Shown: positions 18,876-28,408, counted from the first letter of the stretch. The stretch is 53,297 bases of DNA from Nocardioides sp. (GCA_036271155.1 DATBBE010000136.1:1-53297); one strand, 5' to 3'. Numbers and translations: made by a program. The notes: generated by a model not told the origin, from the letters alone.

Positions 18876-19778
18876 CTAGCGCTCCACGAGGGCCAGCACC
18901 TCGTCGGCGCAGCCCCACGACAACGTGACGCCGGCGCCTCCGTGGCCGTAGCAGTGCACGACGTCTCCGACCCGCTCGAGGCGTACCTCGGGCCGGGCGG
19001 GCCGCAGACCGACCTTGTGTCCCAGGACCTTCGCGCGCGCCACCGCGGGCACCAGCTCGGTGGCCCGCCGCACGATGTCGGCCGCGACGTCCGGCGACGG
19101 CGTACGGCTCCAGTCCCCCTCGTCGTCGGTGCCGCCGAGGATCACGTCATCGGTCCGCGGGATGACGTACGTCGGGCCGTCCTCGGCCAGCCACCACTCG
19201 TCCAGTCCGAACTGCTCGACGACCACGACCTGCCCGCGCACCGGCGTGCTGGTGGGGTCGTCGGCCAGCTTGCGAGACCCCAGACCGGAGCAGTTCACGA
19301 CCAGAGGCGCCTCGGGCAGGGAGGCCAGCGCCATCCGGGTGATCGTTCCGCCCTGCTCCTCGACGCGGCCGGCGAGCCCGGCGAGGTAGCGCGGCATGTC
19401 GACCACCGGCGCCTGGAATGACCACGCGTCGCGGTACGGCGCCCGGGGCTCGACCCGCTCGAGGGCCGGCACCGCGTCGACCCACCAGGGATCCGGGGTC
19501 GGGTCGTGCAGCAGCTCGGTGCCGTGTCGCATCGTGACACCGTCGGCCCCGAGCCCGGCCAGCCGCGCGAACTCGTCGTACGCCCTCTTGCCCCAGGCGG
19601 TGACCTTGTCCTGCGGGAACGCCAGGTACGGATACCAGATCGCGGCCGCGACGCTGGACGTGGTCTCCAGGGGGAGGTCGCGGGCGAGCACGTCGACGCG
19701 ATGCCCGGCCTCGAGCAGCCGCAGCGCGCAGCTCAGCCCGATGACCCCGGCTCCCACCACGACGACGCGATCCGCCAT
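18876..19778 (-). CDS. FAD-dependent oxidoreductase, D-amino-acid oxidase family
   Basis: [46 protein letters not shown]. Confidence 0.85.
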   Translation of the reverse strand: MADRVVVVGAGVIGLSCALRLLEAGHRVDVLARDLPLETTSSVAAAIWYPYLAFPQDKVTAWGKRAYDEFARLAGLGADGVTMRHGTELLHDPTPDPWWVDAVPALERVEPRAPYRDAWSFQAPVVDMPRYLAGLAGRVEEQGGTITRMALASLPEAPLVVNCSGLGSRKLADDPTSTPVRGQVVVVEQFGLDEWWLAEDGPTYVIPRTDDVILGGTDDEGDWSRTPSPDVAADIVRRATELVPAVARAKVLGHKVGLRPARPEVRLERVGDVVHCYGHGGAGVTLSWGCADEVLALVER

Positions 19779-19814
19779 GCGGACGAGTGTGCCGCACCGG
19801 TAGATTCCTCGCCC

Positions 19815-20498
19815 GTGAGGTTGGTCGTCGCGCGCTGTCAGGTCGACTACGCCGGGCGGCTGACCGCTCACCTGCCGATGGCCACCCGCGTGCTGATGAT
19901 CAAGGCCGACGGGTCGGTCCTTGTTCACTCTGACGGCGGCTCGTACAAGCCGCTGAACTGGATGTCGCCTCCCTGCACTCTGCGCGAGGGCACCAGCGAC
20001 GACGGGACCGCTCTGTGGACGGTCACGAGCAAGAGCGACGACACCCTCCAGATCCTGATCGCCGAGGTCATCAGCGACACCTCCCACGACCTCGGCGTCG
20101 ACCCAGGGCTCCAGAAGGACGGTGTCGAGAAACACCTACAGGAGCTGCTGGCCGATCACCCGTCCCACCTCGGCGACGGCCTGACGCTGGTCCGCCGCGA
20201 GTACCCGACCGCGATCGGTCCGGTCGACCTGCTGTGCCGCGATGCCGGCGGCGCGTCGGTCGCCGTCGAGATCAAGCGTCGGGGCGAGATCGACGGCGTC
20301 CTCCAGCTGGAGCGATACCTCGAGCTGCTGAACCGTGACCCGCTCCTGACGGTCAAGGGACCGGTGCGCGGGATCTTCGCCGCCCAGGAGATCAAGCCGC
20401 AGGCGAGGGTGCTGGCCGAAGACCGCGGGATGAGCTGCGCCCTCGTCGACTACGACGCGTTGCGCGGTCTGGACGACCCGACGCAACGACTGTTCTGA
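19815..20498 (+). CDS. nucS: Mismatch-specific endonuclease NucS/EndoMS
   Basis: [47 protein letters not shown]. Confidence 0.95.
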   Translation: MRLVVARCQVDYAGRLTAHLPMATRVLMIKADGSVLVHSDGGSYKPLNWMSPPCTLREGTSDDGTALWTVTSKSDDTLQILIAEVISDTSHDLGVDPGLQKDGVEKHLQELLADHPSHLGDGLTLVRREYPTAIGPVDLLCRDAGGASVAVEIKRRGEIDGVLQLERYLELLNRDPLLTVKGPVRGIFAAQEIKPQARVLAEDRGMSCALVDYDALRGLDDPTQRLF

Positions 20499-20560
20499 GT
20501 TCTCCACAGCCCCTGGACGGCGCCTGGCGGCTCGTGGCCCGCCGGTCTACCGTTCTCGGC

Positions 20561-20839
20561 ATGGCCGCCGACACACAGCTCCGACGCCGGGTGACCCGTC
20601 TGGAGAACGAGACCGAGTCGATCTACGAGCTCATCACCGAGATCAAGTCCACGCTGGACGACCACACCCAGCGCCTCGACGGCGTGGACCAGCGCTTCGA
20701 CGGCGTCGACCAGCGCTTCGACGGCGTCGACCAGCGCTTCGACGGCGTGGACGAGAGTCTCCGGGAGACGCACAGACAGCTCCAGGTGATCGAGACCACC
20801 CTGACCGAGGTCGTACGCCGGCTGCCCGAGCCCTCCTGA
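20561..20839 (+). CDS. Small coiled-coil protein with DGVDQRF heptad repeats
   Basis: TACCGT -10 box 7 nt before ATG; continuous heptad pattern. Confidence 0.75.
   Translation: MAADTQLRRRVTRLENETESIYELITEIKSTLDDHTQRLDGVDQRFDGVDQRFDGVDQRFDGVDESLRETHRQLQVIETTLTEVVRRLPEPS
20668..20752 (+). repeat. In-frame 21-bp tandem repeat, about 4 units
   Basis: (GA)CCAGCGCTTCGACGGCGT(C/G) repeated head to tail with no spacers. Confidence 0.9.
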
Positions 20840-20866
20840 CCGGACACGTCCCGTCGATGCAAGGGG

Positions 20867-22423
20867 TCACGCCGCGACCGGCTCCGGGTCGGCTTCGACA
20901 GGTGTGACGTGGGGGGCGAGCCGGCCCGGGAGCAGGAACGCTGCCGCGACGGCGCCGGCCAGGCAGAGCAGGCCGACCACGACGCACGCGGTGGAGAGCC
21001 CGGCCAGGAAGGAGTCCTGGAACGCCGCGACCAGCCTCGGGTCGCGGCCCGCCACCACCTGGGCGACGCCGACGGAGTCCTGGGCCCGGGTGACGACGGT
21101 CCCCGGCAGCGAGGAGAACGCACCCGACCCGAGACGTGCGCCGAAGACCGACGAGAAGACCGACCCGACCACGGCGACGCCGAGAGTGCCGCCGAGCTCA
21201 CGGGTCGCGTCGTTGACCGCGGAGCCGACCCCGGCCCGGGCCGGCGGCAGCACGAGCAGGATCGACTCGGTGGCCGGCGTCGAGATGAGGCCCATGCCCA
21301 GTCCCATCATCACCATCTCCGGCACGATCACGGCGGGGTACGACGTGTGGACCCCGGAGGTGGAGATCCACAAGAAGGCCGCCCCGAACAGCACCAGCCC
21401 CGTCGTCACGACCACCTTGGTCCCGATCCGAGGTGCCAGCGCAGCCCCCACGACAGAGGCGACCGCGATCGAGAGGGCCACCGGCAGGATCCGCGCCCCG
21501 GTCGAGAGCGCGCCGTACCCGCGGACGAACTGGAAGTACTGCGTCACCAGGAAGATGAAGCCGAAAAGCGCGAAGAACGTGACCGTCACGGCGCCGCTGG
21601 CCGCGCTGAACCGCCGGTCGCGGAACAAGGTGACGTCGAGCATCGGGTACGGCGTACGGCGCTCGCGCAGCACGAAGACGACCAGCAGGAGAGCCGCGAG
21701 CACGAACCCGCCGACGGTCTCGCCGGAGTCCCAGCCGCGCGCCGGCGCCTCGATGACTGTGTAGGTCAACGCCGCCAGCATCGCCACCGAGAGCGCGAGA
21801 CCCGGGAGGTCGAGCGGCGGCACGGCGGGGTCTCGGGACTCCGGCACAAGGGCGTACGCCGCCACGGCGGTCACCAGGGCGAGTGGGACCAGCGCCCAGA
21901 AGACGCTCCCCCAGTAGAAGTGCTCGAGCAGGAGCCCGCCGGTGATCGGTCCGGCGGCGACGCCCAGCCCGACCACGGCGCCCCAGATGCCCAGCGCCGC
22001 GGCGCGCTCGCGGCGCTCGCGGAACGTGTTGCTGATGATCGACAAGGTGGTCGGAAAGATCAGCGCGGCGAAGGTGCCCATCACGAAGCGGGTCACGACC
22101 AGCGCTCCGGCCGAGGTCACCAGGGCGCCGGCGGCACTGGCGACAGCGAACCCGACGAGGCCGGTGATCAGTGCCGGGCGCCGCCCGAACCGGTCCGACA
22201 GGCTTCCTGCGGCCAGCACCAGACCGGCGAAGGCGAGGTTGTAGCCGTCGACCACCCACTGGAGCTGGCGGGTGCCGGCAGAGAGCTCCCGGGAGATGGA
22301 GGGCAGTGCCACGTTGACGATCGTCGTGTCGAGGTTGATGGCGAGGACGGCCGCGCACACGGTGGCCAGCACCAGGCCCTTGCGGAGCGGCTGTGCCTGC
22401 TCCTGCCGCTGCGAGTGCGACAT
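20867..22423 (-). CDS. MFS drug:H+ antiporter (DHA2, 14-TM)
   Basis: LDTTIVNVALPSI, LSDRFGRR, DATRELGGTLGVA; GGAGGAG RBS. Confidence 0.9.
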   Translation of the reverse strand: MSHSQRQEQAQPLRKGLVLATVCAAVLAINLDTTIVNVALPSISRELSAGTRQLQWVVDGYNLAFAGLVLAAGSLSDRFGRRPALITGLVGFAVASAAGALVTSAGALVVTRFVMGTFAALIFPTTLSIISNTFRERRERAAALGIWGAVVGLGVAAGPITGGLLLEHFYWGSVFWALVPLALVTAVAAYALVPESRDPAVPPLDLPGLALSVAMLAALTYTVIEAPARGWDSGETVGGFVLAALLLVVFVLRERRTPYPMLDVTLFRDRRFSAASGAVTVTFFALFGFIFLVTQYFQFVRGYGALSTGARILPVALSIAVASVVGAALAPRIGTKVVVTTGLVLFGAAFLWISTSGVHTSYPAVIVPEMVMMGLGMGLISTPATESILLVLPPARAGVGSAVNDATRELGGTLGVAVVGSVFSSVFGARLGSGAFSSLPGTVVTRAQDSVGVAQVVAGRDPRLVAAFQDSFLAGLSTACVVVGLLCLAGAVAAAFLLPGRLAPHVTPVEADPEPVAA

Positions 22424-22450
22424 CTGGTTCTCCTCCGTCAGAGAGCATCC

Positions 22451-22503
22451 GATGTGGACGCCGACAACATCACGGTAGAACGCAATGTGCCCACTGTCAA
22501 CAT
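22451..22503. promoter_or_regulatory. Two putative TetR operators
   Basis: ATGTGGACGCCGACAACAT (22452-22470) and ATGTGCCCACTGTCAACAT (22485-22503), both ATGT-N11-ACAT. Confidence 0.6.
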
Positions 22504-22520
22504 GGCCTAGGGTTCGACCT

Positions 22521-23138
22521 GTGAGCAACCGGCCCCAGCCCTATCACCACGGCAACCTGCGGCCCGTGCTGGTCGACACCGCGGTCGAGCTGGCCCGCAG
22601 CACCGGTCCGGACGGCGTCGTCCTCCGCGAGGTCGCCCGCCGGGCGGGCGTGTCGCACAACGCGGCGTACCGCCACTTCGACGACCGCGCCGCGCTCCTG
22701 GCAGAGGTGTCCGACCGCGCATACGACGAGCTCGAGCGGGTGATGCGCGAGCGGATCGCGACCGTCGACGAGGCCGACCCGGTCGAGCGCGCCCTGGCCC
22801 GCCTGCGCGAGACCGGTCGCGCCTACGTCGAGTTCGCACTCAGCGAGCCGGGACTGTTCGCCACGGCCTTCACCTCCTCCGCCGGCGCCGACGCCCACAC
22901 TGGCGTCGAGGAGCTCACCGGCCCCTACCTGGTGCTGAACACCGTCCTGGACGAGCTGGTCGCCTGCGGCGCCCTGTCACCGGAGCGCCGTCAGGGCGCC
23001 GACGTCGGCTGCTGGGCCATGGTGCACGGCTTCTCCGAGCTCGTCGGCACGGGTCCCTTGCGCGACGTCCCCCCGGAGGCTCGGGAGCTGCTGCTGGAGG
23101 CGGTGCTCGACCTGGTGCACCGCGGGCTGGTGGGCTAG
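22521..23138 (+). CDS. TetR/AcrR family regulator
   Basis: YHHGNLR, LREVARRAGVSHNAAYRHF, WAMVHG; divergent from the MFS gene. Confidence 0.92.
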   Translation: MSNRPQPYHHGNLRPVLVDTAVELARSTGPDGVVLREVARRAGVSHNAAYRHFDDRAALLAEVSDRAYDELERVMRERIATVDEADPVERALARLRETGRAYVEFALSEPGLFATAFTSSAGADAHTGVEELTGPYLVLNTVLDELVACGALSPERRQGADVGCWAMVHGFSELVGTGPLRDVPPEARELLLEAVLDLVHRGLVG

Positions 23139-23144
23139 GGCTCC

Positions 23145-23738
23145 CTAGAGGGGACTCACGGCCCGCCAGCCGTCGGCGTCGTTCTCGAAGAGGTACGCCG
23201 CACCGTTGAGCACGTCGTCGTTGCGAGGCGCCGCCGGCGAGCCGGGCGCGATCGCTCCCCACAGCGCGAGGATCACGCCACCGTGGCTGACCACCAGCAC
23301 CGTCTCGCCGCGGAACTGGTCGGCGATGTCCTCGAGCACGCCGAGCACGCGGTCGGCCGTCTGTCGTCCGGTCTCACCTCCCGGCACCCCCGCCGACAGA
23401 TCTCCGGCGAGCCAGGACCGGACCATCACGTCGAAGAAGTCGTGCTCGTAGGGATGGCCCAGGTAGTCCCCCGCGGGGTACTCATGGAGCCGCTCGCGCA
23501 CCCGCACCGGGAGCCCCAGCACGCTCGCGGCGATCTCGGCGGTCTGGACGGCGCGCGACAGCTCGCTGCACACCACGGCGGCGACCTTCTCCGGGCGCAG
23601 CCGCTCGCCCAGGCCGCGAGCCTGCTCGCGGCCCAGCGTGGTCAGGCTGCCACCCGAGGCGTTCATCTCGGGCGTCTCGTACTCCGCCTCACCGTGCCGC
23701 GCGACGATGATCCGGGCCGGGCAGTGCACGTCACTCAC
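23145..23738 (-). CDS. Histidine phosphatase family protein
   Basis: ARHGE, SELSRAVQTA, VVSHGG. Confidence 0.88.
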   Translation of the reverse strand: MSDVHCPARIIVARHGEAEYETPEMNASGGSLTTLGREQARGLGERLRPEKVAAVVCSELSRAVQTAEIAASVLGLPVRVRERLHEYPAGDYLGHPYEHDFFDVMVRSWLAGDLSAGVPGGETGRQTADRVLGVLEDIADQFRGETVLVVSHGGVILALWGAIAPGSPAAPRNDDVLNGAAYLFENDADGWRAVSPL

Positions 23739-23795
23739 CCGCCCAGCCAACCACGCCCCCTCCCCAACGGGTGCGAGTAAGGGCAGGATGCGCGG

Positions 23796-24368
23796 ATGCG
23801 GATCTTCCACATCGCCACGCTCGCCGACTGGCGGCAGGCCGAGGCGAGCGGCAGCTACACGACCTCCACGCTCGGCCGGACCCTGGCCGACGAGGGCTTC
23901 ATCCACGCGGCGCGGCACGACCAGGTGCCACTGGTCCGCGACCGCTACTACGCCGACGTGACCGATCCCCTGGTCGTCCTGGAGATCGAGACCGACCGGC
24001 TCGACGCCGACGTGCGCGACGAGCAGGTCGGCGCCGAGATCTACCCGCACATCTACGGGCCTGTGCCGACCACGGCCGTCGTCGCGTGGCGTCCCGCACG
24101 TCTTCCCCCGATCGAGCTCGGGACCCGAGCCCCTTCCGCTCCGCTCCCCTCGCTGACCGTGGCGTTCCGGGGTGTCGCGCTCGTCCTGGCAACCGCCGCC
24201 CTGGCCGCGTTCGGGTGCGCGGTGACCGCCCAGTCCGTCACCGACGACGGCCGACTGCCGGTCGGCGTGTCCTTCGTCCTCTGGTCGCTGATGACGGCGC
24301 TGGCCGTCCCGGCCCTGGCGGCGTACGCCTACGCCGAGTGGACGCGCCGACAGGCGAGCCGGACGTGA
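23796..24368 (+). CDS. DUF952 domain protein with two C-terminal TM helices
   Basis: IFHIA...W, TLADEGFIH, YPHIYGP, then two hydrophobic segments. Confidence 0.82.
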   Translation: MRIFHIATLADWRQAEASGSYTTSTLGRTLADEGFIHAARHDQVPLVRDRYYADVTDPLVVLEIETDRLDADVRDEQVGAEIYPHIYGPVPTTAVVAWRPARLPPIELGTRAPSAPLPSLTVAFRGVALVLATAALAAFGCAVTAQSVTDDGRLPVGVSFVLWSLMTALAVPALAAYAYAEWTRRQASRT

Positions 24369-24375
24369 GACCGGC

Positions 24376-25080
24376 TCAGGCGCTCTGACCGACCGGGTCC
24401 CAGCCCAGCTCGGCGAGCCGGTCACGGCCGCGGTCGTTCGGGCGGAGCCCACGATGGTCGTCCGAACGACGTACGAACCAGGGTTCCGGGCCGTCGATCA
24501 GGGCCTGGGCGAGTGCCGCGGCCAGTGCGCCGGCGAGGTGCTCGCGACGCTCGGTCCAGTCCAGGCACGCGCGGGCGAAGGGACGGCGTGCTGCACGCGC
24601 CGACGTCACGTCCACGCCCCAGCCGAGCAGGGCTTCCACTCCCGGCTCCGACAGGCCGTAGCCACCCGGCTCCGGCAGCAGCCAGGCGCGCGCGACGAGT
24701 CCGTCGTACAGGGCCACACCGCTGCGCCCCGCGATGTGGTCGTAGCAGGTGCGGGCCTGCGCAAGTGACCGCGCTCGGCTCGACTGGCGCAGGGTGCGCA
24801 CCGGCTTCCGGGGCGCGATGTGGGACAAGGACTCGAGAGCGGCGCCGACGTCGGGCGAGGCGAGGCGGTGGTACCTGTGCCGACCCTGCGCGACCACCTC
24901 GACCAGACCCCCGTCGCGCAGCTTGGCGAGGTGCTCGCTGGCCGTGGCCGGGCTGACCTCCGCGACCCGCGCCAGCTCGCCCGCGGTCAGGGCGCGGCCG
25001 GCCATCAGGGCGTCCAGCATGGCAGCCCGGCTCGGGTTCCCGAGCAGGGCACCCACAGCGGCGAGGTCGACGTCGTACAT
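24376..25080 (-). CDS. ArsR/SmtB family winged-helix regulator
   Basis: ALTAGELAR, ASEHLAKL, QGRHRYHRL, ARTCYDH, CLDWTERREHLAG. Confidence 0.9.
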   Translation of the reverse strand: MYDVDLAAVGALLGNPSRAAMLDALMAGRALTAGELARVAEVSPATASEHLAKLRDGGLVEVVAQGRHRYHRLASPDVGAALESLSHIAPRKPVRTLRQSSRARSLAQARTCYDHIAGRSGVALYDGLVARAWLLPEPGGYGLSEPGVEALLGWGVDVTSARAARRPFARACLDWTERREHLAGALAAALAQALIDGPEPWFVRRSDDHRGLRPNDRGRDRLAELGWDPVGQSA

Positions 25081-25103
25081 GCCACTGAGCCTAGGGCGGG
25101 CAC

Positions 25104-25123
25104 ACTTCGGACCCCACCGAAAC
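25104..25123. promoter_or_regulatory. Putative ArsR operator
   Basis: TTCGG-N6-CCGAA dyad (25106-25121) between divergent -10 boxes. Confidence 0.55.
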
Positions 25124-25145
25124 GTCGTCGTCCTAGCGTCGCCCC

Positions 25146-25616
25146 ATGACCGACATCCCCGCCGAGCCGATCAACCCGGGCCTGGCCGTCGAGGACGCGG
25201 TACGCCGCAGCCTCGCCCTCATCGACACCTGGATCCACTGGGACGGCCGTCCGCGTGTCAGCGAGGACGGCGACCGCGTCTACACCCCCGCCAAGGCCGT
25301 CCGCCGGATCGCCGACCACCTGGTCGACCACCTCGCCGAGGTGGAGGCGGTGCTGGCCGGCGTGGACACCCAACCGGACGCCTGGCACGGAAGCCTGGTC
25401 ACGCTCGAGTCAGACTGGGCTCGGTTCACCGAGCTCGACCGCGACGAGGCACACCAACGGCTCCCTCGTCTCGCCCGCACCTTCGCGCTGCGGCTGCGCG
25501 CGGCCGGCCCAGACGAGTGGGACCGGTCACGAGGCGACGGCTGGAGCCTGCGCGAGATAGCCGAGCACCTGACCGGCATCCTCTGGTACGCCGAGCAGGT
25601 GGGCGACCTCGCCTGA
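25146..25616 (+). CDS. Hypothetical protein, DinB-like helical bundle
   Basis: YTPAKAVRRIADHLVDHLAE and WSLREIAEH resemble DinB motifs. Confidence 0.65.
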   Translation: MTDIPAEPINPGLAVEDAVRRSLALIDTWIHWDGRPRVSEDGDRVYTPAKAVRRIADHLVDHLAEVEAVLAGVDTQPDAWHGSLVTLESDWARFTELDRDEAHQRLPRLARTFALRLRAAGPDEWDRSRGDGWSLREIAEHLTGILWYAEQVGDLA

Positions 25617-25617
25617 C

Positions 25618-25650
25618 CGCCGAGTCGGCACCTGACGACTCGGCGTGTTT
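25618..25650. terminator. Hairpin/REP-like terminator between convergent genes
   Basis: CGCCGAGTCG-N8-CGACTCGGCG followed by TGTTT. Confidence 0.65.
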
Positions 25651-25674
25651 CGGCTGCTGTTTGCGGTGGGGCGG

Positions 25675-26199
25675 TCAGCCGCCGGCGGCGCGGGGCGCGG
25701 ACGGGTCTTCGCTCTCGTCGCCCGCCTCACGGGCGACGTACTCCTCGATGTTCTCCACGACCGTCGCGTTGCGGCGTACGACGGCCAGCAGGTCGCTCAT
25801 CGAGGAGACCTCCTCGACCTGCTCCTTGATGAACCACTGGAGGAACTGCTCGGAGGCGAAGTCGGACTCCTCGCGGGCGATCACGAGCAGCTCGTTGATC
25901 TGGGACGACACCCGCTTCTCCTGCTCGAGGGCGAGCTCGACGGGGGCGACCACGTCGGCGAAGGTCGAGACCGGCGCCTCGATGGCCGGCAGGGCGACCT
26001 CGGCGTCGGTGTCGAGGAGGTACTGCACCATCATCAGCGCGTGGCTGCGCTCCTCGAGCGCCTGCTGGAAGAAATGGCCCGCCATCTGCGGCAGTGTCAG
26101 CGCGTCGTAGTGGATCGCGCAGGCGAGGTACTGGTTGTGGGCGGCCAGCTCGTGGCCGACCTGCTCGTTGAGACGCTCGACGAAACGTGTGGTGGGCAC
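25675..26199 (-). CDS. Non-heme ferritin (FtnA/BfrB type)
   Basis: QVGHELAAHNQY, EERSHA, LEQEKRV, FLQWFIKEQVEE ferroxidase residues; GAGGAG RBS. Confidence 0.92.
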   Translation of the reverse strand: MPTTRFVERLNEQVGHELAAHNQYLACAIHYDALTLPQMAGHFFQQALEERSHALMMVQYLLDTDAEVALPAIEAPVSTFADVVAPVELALEQEKRVSSQINELLVIAREESDFASEQFLQWFIKEQVEEVSSMSDLLAVVRRNATVVENIEEYVAREAGDESEDPSAPRAAGG

Positions 26200-26215
26200 G
26201 GGAACTCCTCGGGAC

Positions 26216-26365
26216 TCAGGCAGCCTTGACCAGCTTGCGCTTCTTGACCGTATAGCCCTGCGGCAGGGTGCCTTCCTTCAGCATGCGGATCGGACAGCGC
26301 TTGCAGCGACTGTCGCTCACGCAGCACTTCGTCTTCGGCTTCCTCGCCTTGGACTTCTTGGACAC
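26216..26365 (-). CDS. Small Lys/Cys-rich protein (49 aa), absent from the ORF track
   Basis: MSKKSKARKPKTKCCVSDSRCKRCPIRMLKEGTLPQGYTVKKRKLVKAA; TATGCT -10 box 6 nt before GTG; mostly G/C-ending codons; ends 16 nt before ferritin. Confidence 0.75.
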   Translation of the reverse strand: MSKKSKARKPKTKCCVSDSRCKRCPIRMLKEGTLPQGYTVKKRKLVKAA

Positions 26366-26383
26366 GGGGAGAGCATAGGCGAA

Positions 26384-26402
26384 TCAGGTGAGGCTTACCT
26401 AA
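26384..26402. promoter_or_regulatory. IdeR/DtxR iron box
   Basis: TCAGGTGAGGCTTACCTAA matches consensus TTAGGTTAGGCTAACCTAA at 16/19 positions and lies upstream of ferritin. Confidence 0.8.
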
Positions 26403-28408
26403 CCCAGGTCGTTGGCCTCGCGGATGGCCTCGACGATCCCCCGCATGATCTCGGTCAGCCCGAAGTCCTTGGGCGTGTAGACGGCGGCCACACCGGCGTC
26501 GATGAGCCGGCGCGCGTCGAGGTCTGGGATGATCCCGCCGACCACCACCGGGACGTCGCCGATGCCGGCCTCCTCCATGCCGACCAGCACCGCCGGGACC
26601 AGCTCCATGTGTGAGCCGCTGAGGATCGACAGCCCCACGCAGTGGACGTCCTCGGCGACCGCCGCGGAGACGATCTGCTCAGGGGTGAGCCGGATGCCCT
26701 GGTAGACGACCTCGAAGCCGGCATCTCTGGCGCGTACGGCGACCTGCTCGGCGCCGTTGGAGTGACCATCGAGTCCGGGCTTGCCGACGAGCAGCCGCAG
26801 TCGCGAACCCCGGCCGCCGCCGAGCTCCTCGCCGGTCTCGCGCACCAGCCGGCGTACCTCGGCCAGCTCCTCGCCGGCCTCGGCCGCGCCCACCGCGCCG
26901 CCGACCCCGGTCGGTGCCCGGAACTCGCCGAAAACCTCTCGCAGCGTCTGGGCCCACTCCCCCGTCGTCGCTCCGGCCCGCGCGGCCTGCAGGGTCGCGG
27001 CCATCAGGTTGGCGTCGGTCCTGGCGTCGGCGGCCAACCGGGCGAGCGCCTCGGTCACCGCGGCGTCGTCACGCTGCTCCTTCCACGCGCGCACGCTCTC
27101 GAGCGCCGCCCGCTCCGCCTCCGGGTCGGCAGCCTGGACGGCGGACCCGAGGTCGGCGGTCAGCGGCGACGGCTCGGTCGTCACGTAGCGGTTGACGCCG
27201 ACCACGACCTCCTCGCCCGACTCGATCCGACCGCGGCGGGCGGCGTGGGACGAGACCAGCTCCTGCTTCATGTAGCCGCTCTCGACCGCCGCGATGGCTC
27301 CGCCCAGCGCCTGCACCCGGTCCATCTCGGCGGTGGCGCTCTCGACGAGCTCGGCGACCTTCGCCTCGACCACGTGCGACCCGGCGAAGAGGTCGTCGTA
27401 CTCGAGGAGGTCGGACTCGAAGGCGAGCACCTGCTGGAGCCGCAGCGACCACTGCTGGTCCCACGGACGCGGGAGTCCGAGCGCCTCGTTCCACGCGGGC
27501 AGCTGGACGGCTCGGGCGCGGGCGTCCTTCGAGAGGGTCACGCCCAGCATCTCGAGCACGATCCGGGGCACGTTGTTCTCGGGCTGGGCCTCGGTGAGGC
27601 CGAGACTGTTGACCTGCACGCCGTACCGGAAGCGGCGCATCTTCGGGTCGACCACGTCGTACCGGGTGGCGGTGAGCTCGTCCCACATCCGGGCGAACGC
27701 GCGCATCTTGCACATCTCCTCCACGAACCGGACTCCGGCGTTGACGAAGAACGACATGCGCCCGACGACCTTGCCGAAGTCCGCCTCGCAGACCTGCCCG
27801 GACGCCTTGACCGCGTCGAGGACGGCGATCGCGGTGCACAGGGAGTAGGCGAGCTCCTGGGTCGGCGTGGCGCCGGCCTCCTGAAGGTGATAGCTGCAGA
27901 TGTTGATGGGGTTCCAGCTCGGGACCTCGTGCACCGTGTAGGCGATCACGTCGGTGATCAGGCGCAGCGAGTGCTCCGGCGGGAACACGTAGGTGCCCCG
28001 GGAGAGGTACTCCTTGATGATGTCGTTCTGGGTGGTGCCGGCGAGTCGGTGCGCGACCTCCTGGGCGTCGACGCCAGGGTCCTGCTCCTCCGCCACGACC
28101 TGGTAGAGGGCCAGCAGCCACATCGCCGTGGCGTTGATGGTCATCGAGGTGTTCATCTCCGAGAGCGGGATCCCCTCGAAGAGGCGTCGCATCTCGCCCA
28201 GGTGCGGGATCGGCACGCCGACCTTGCCGACCTCACCCCTGCTCAAGGGGTGGTCGGGGTCGTAGCCGGTCTGCGTCGGCAGGTCGAAGGCCACCGCGAG
28301 CCCGGTCTGGCCCTTGGCCAGGTTGGTCCGGTAGAGCGCGTTGGAAGCCGCGGCGGTCGAGTGGCCGGCGTAGGTGCGCATGACCCAGGGGCTGTCCTTG
28401 GCGGGCAT
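26399..28408 (-). CDS. meaA: B12-dependent acyl-CoA mutase, MeaA/ethylmalonyl-CoA mutase type
   Basis: PWVMRTYAGHS, AFDLPTQTGYD, SYHLQEAGA, KPGLDGHSNGA (DxHxxG), fused B12-binding domain. Confidence 0.85.
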   Translation of the reverse strand: MPAKDSPWVMRTYAGHSTAAASNALYRTNLAKGQTGLAVAFDLPTQTGYDPDHPLSRGEVGKVGVPIPHLGEMRRLFEGIPLSEMNTSMTINATAMWLLALYQVVAEEQDPGVDAQEVAHRLAGTTQNDIIKEYLSRGTYVFPPEHSLRLITDVIAYTVHEVPSWNPINICSYHLQEAGATPTQELAYSLCTAIAVLDAVKASGQVCEADFGKVVGRMSFFVNAGVRFVEEMCKMRAFARMWDELTATRYDVVDPKMRRFRYGVQVNSLGLTEAQPENNVPRIVLEMLGVTLSKDARARAVQLPAWNEALGLPRPWDQQWSLRLQQVLAFESDLLEYDDLFAGSHVVEAKVAELVESATAEMDRVQALGGAIAAVESGYMKQELVSSHAARRGRIESGEEVVVGVNRYVTTEPSPLTADLGSAVQAADPEAERAALESVRAWKEQRDDAAVTEALARLAADARTDANLMAATLQAARAGATTGEWAQTLREVFGEFRAPTGVGGAVGAAEAGEELAEVRRLVRETGEELGGGRGSRLRLLVGKPGLDGHSNGAEQVAVRARDAGFEVVYQGIRLTPEQIVSAAVAEDVHCVGLSILSGSHMELVPAVLVGMEEAGIGDVPVVVGGIIPDLDARRLIDAGVAAVYTPKDFGLTEIMRGIVEAIREANDLG

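Noticed and set aside
20500-20508. DnaA-box-like TTCTCCACA after nucS
   Set aside because: Single imperfect 9-mer with no cluster or AT-rich unwinding region
20668-20752. Possible CRISPR array
   Set aside because: Repeats are contiguous with no spacers, are in frame within a CDS, and no cas genes are present
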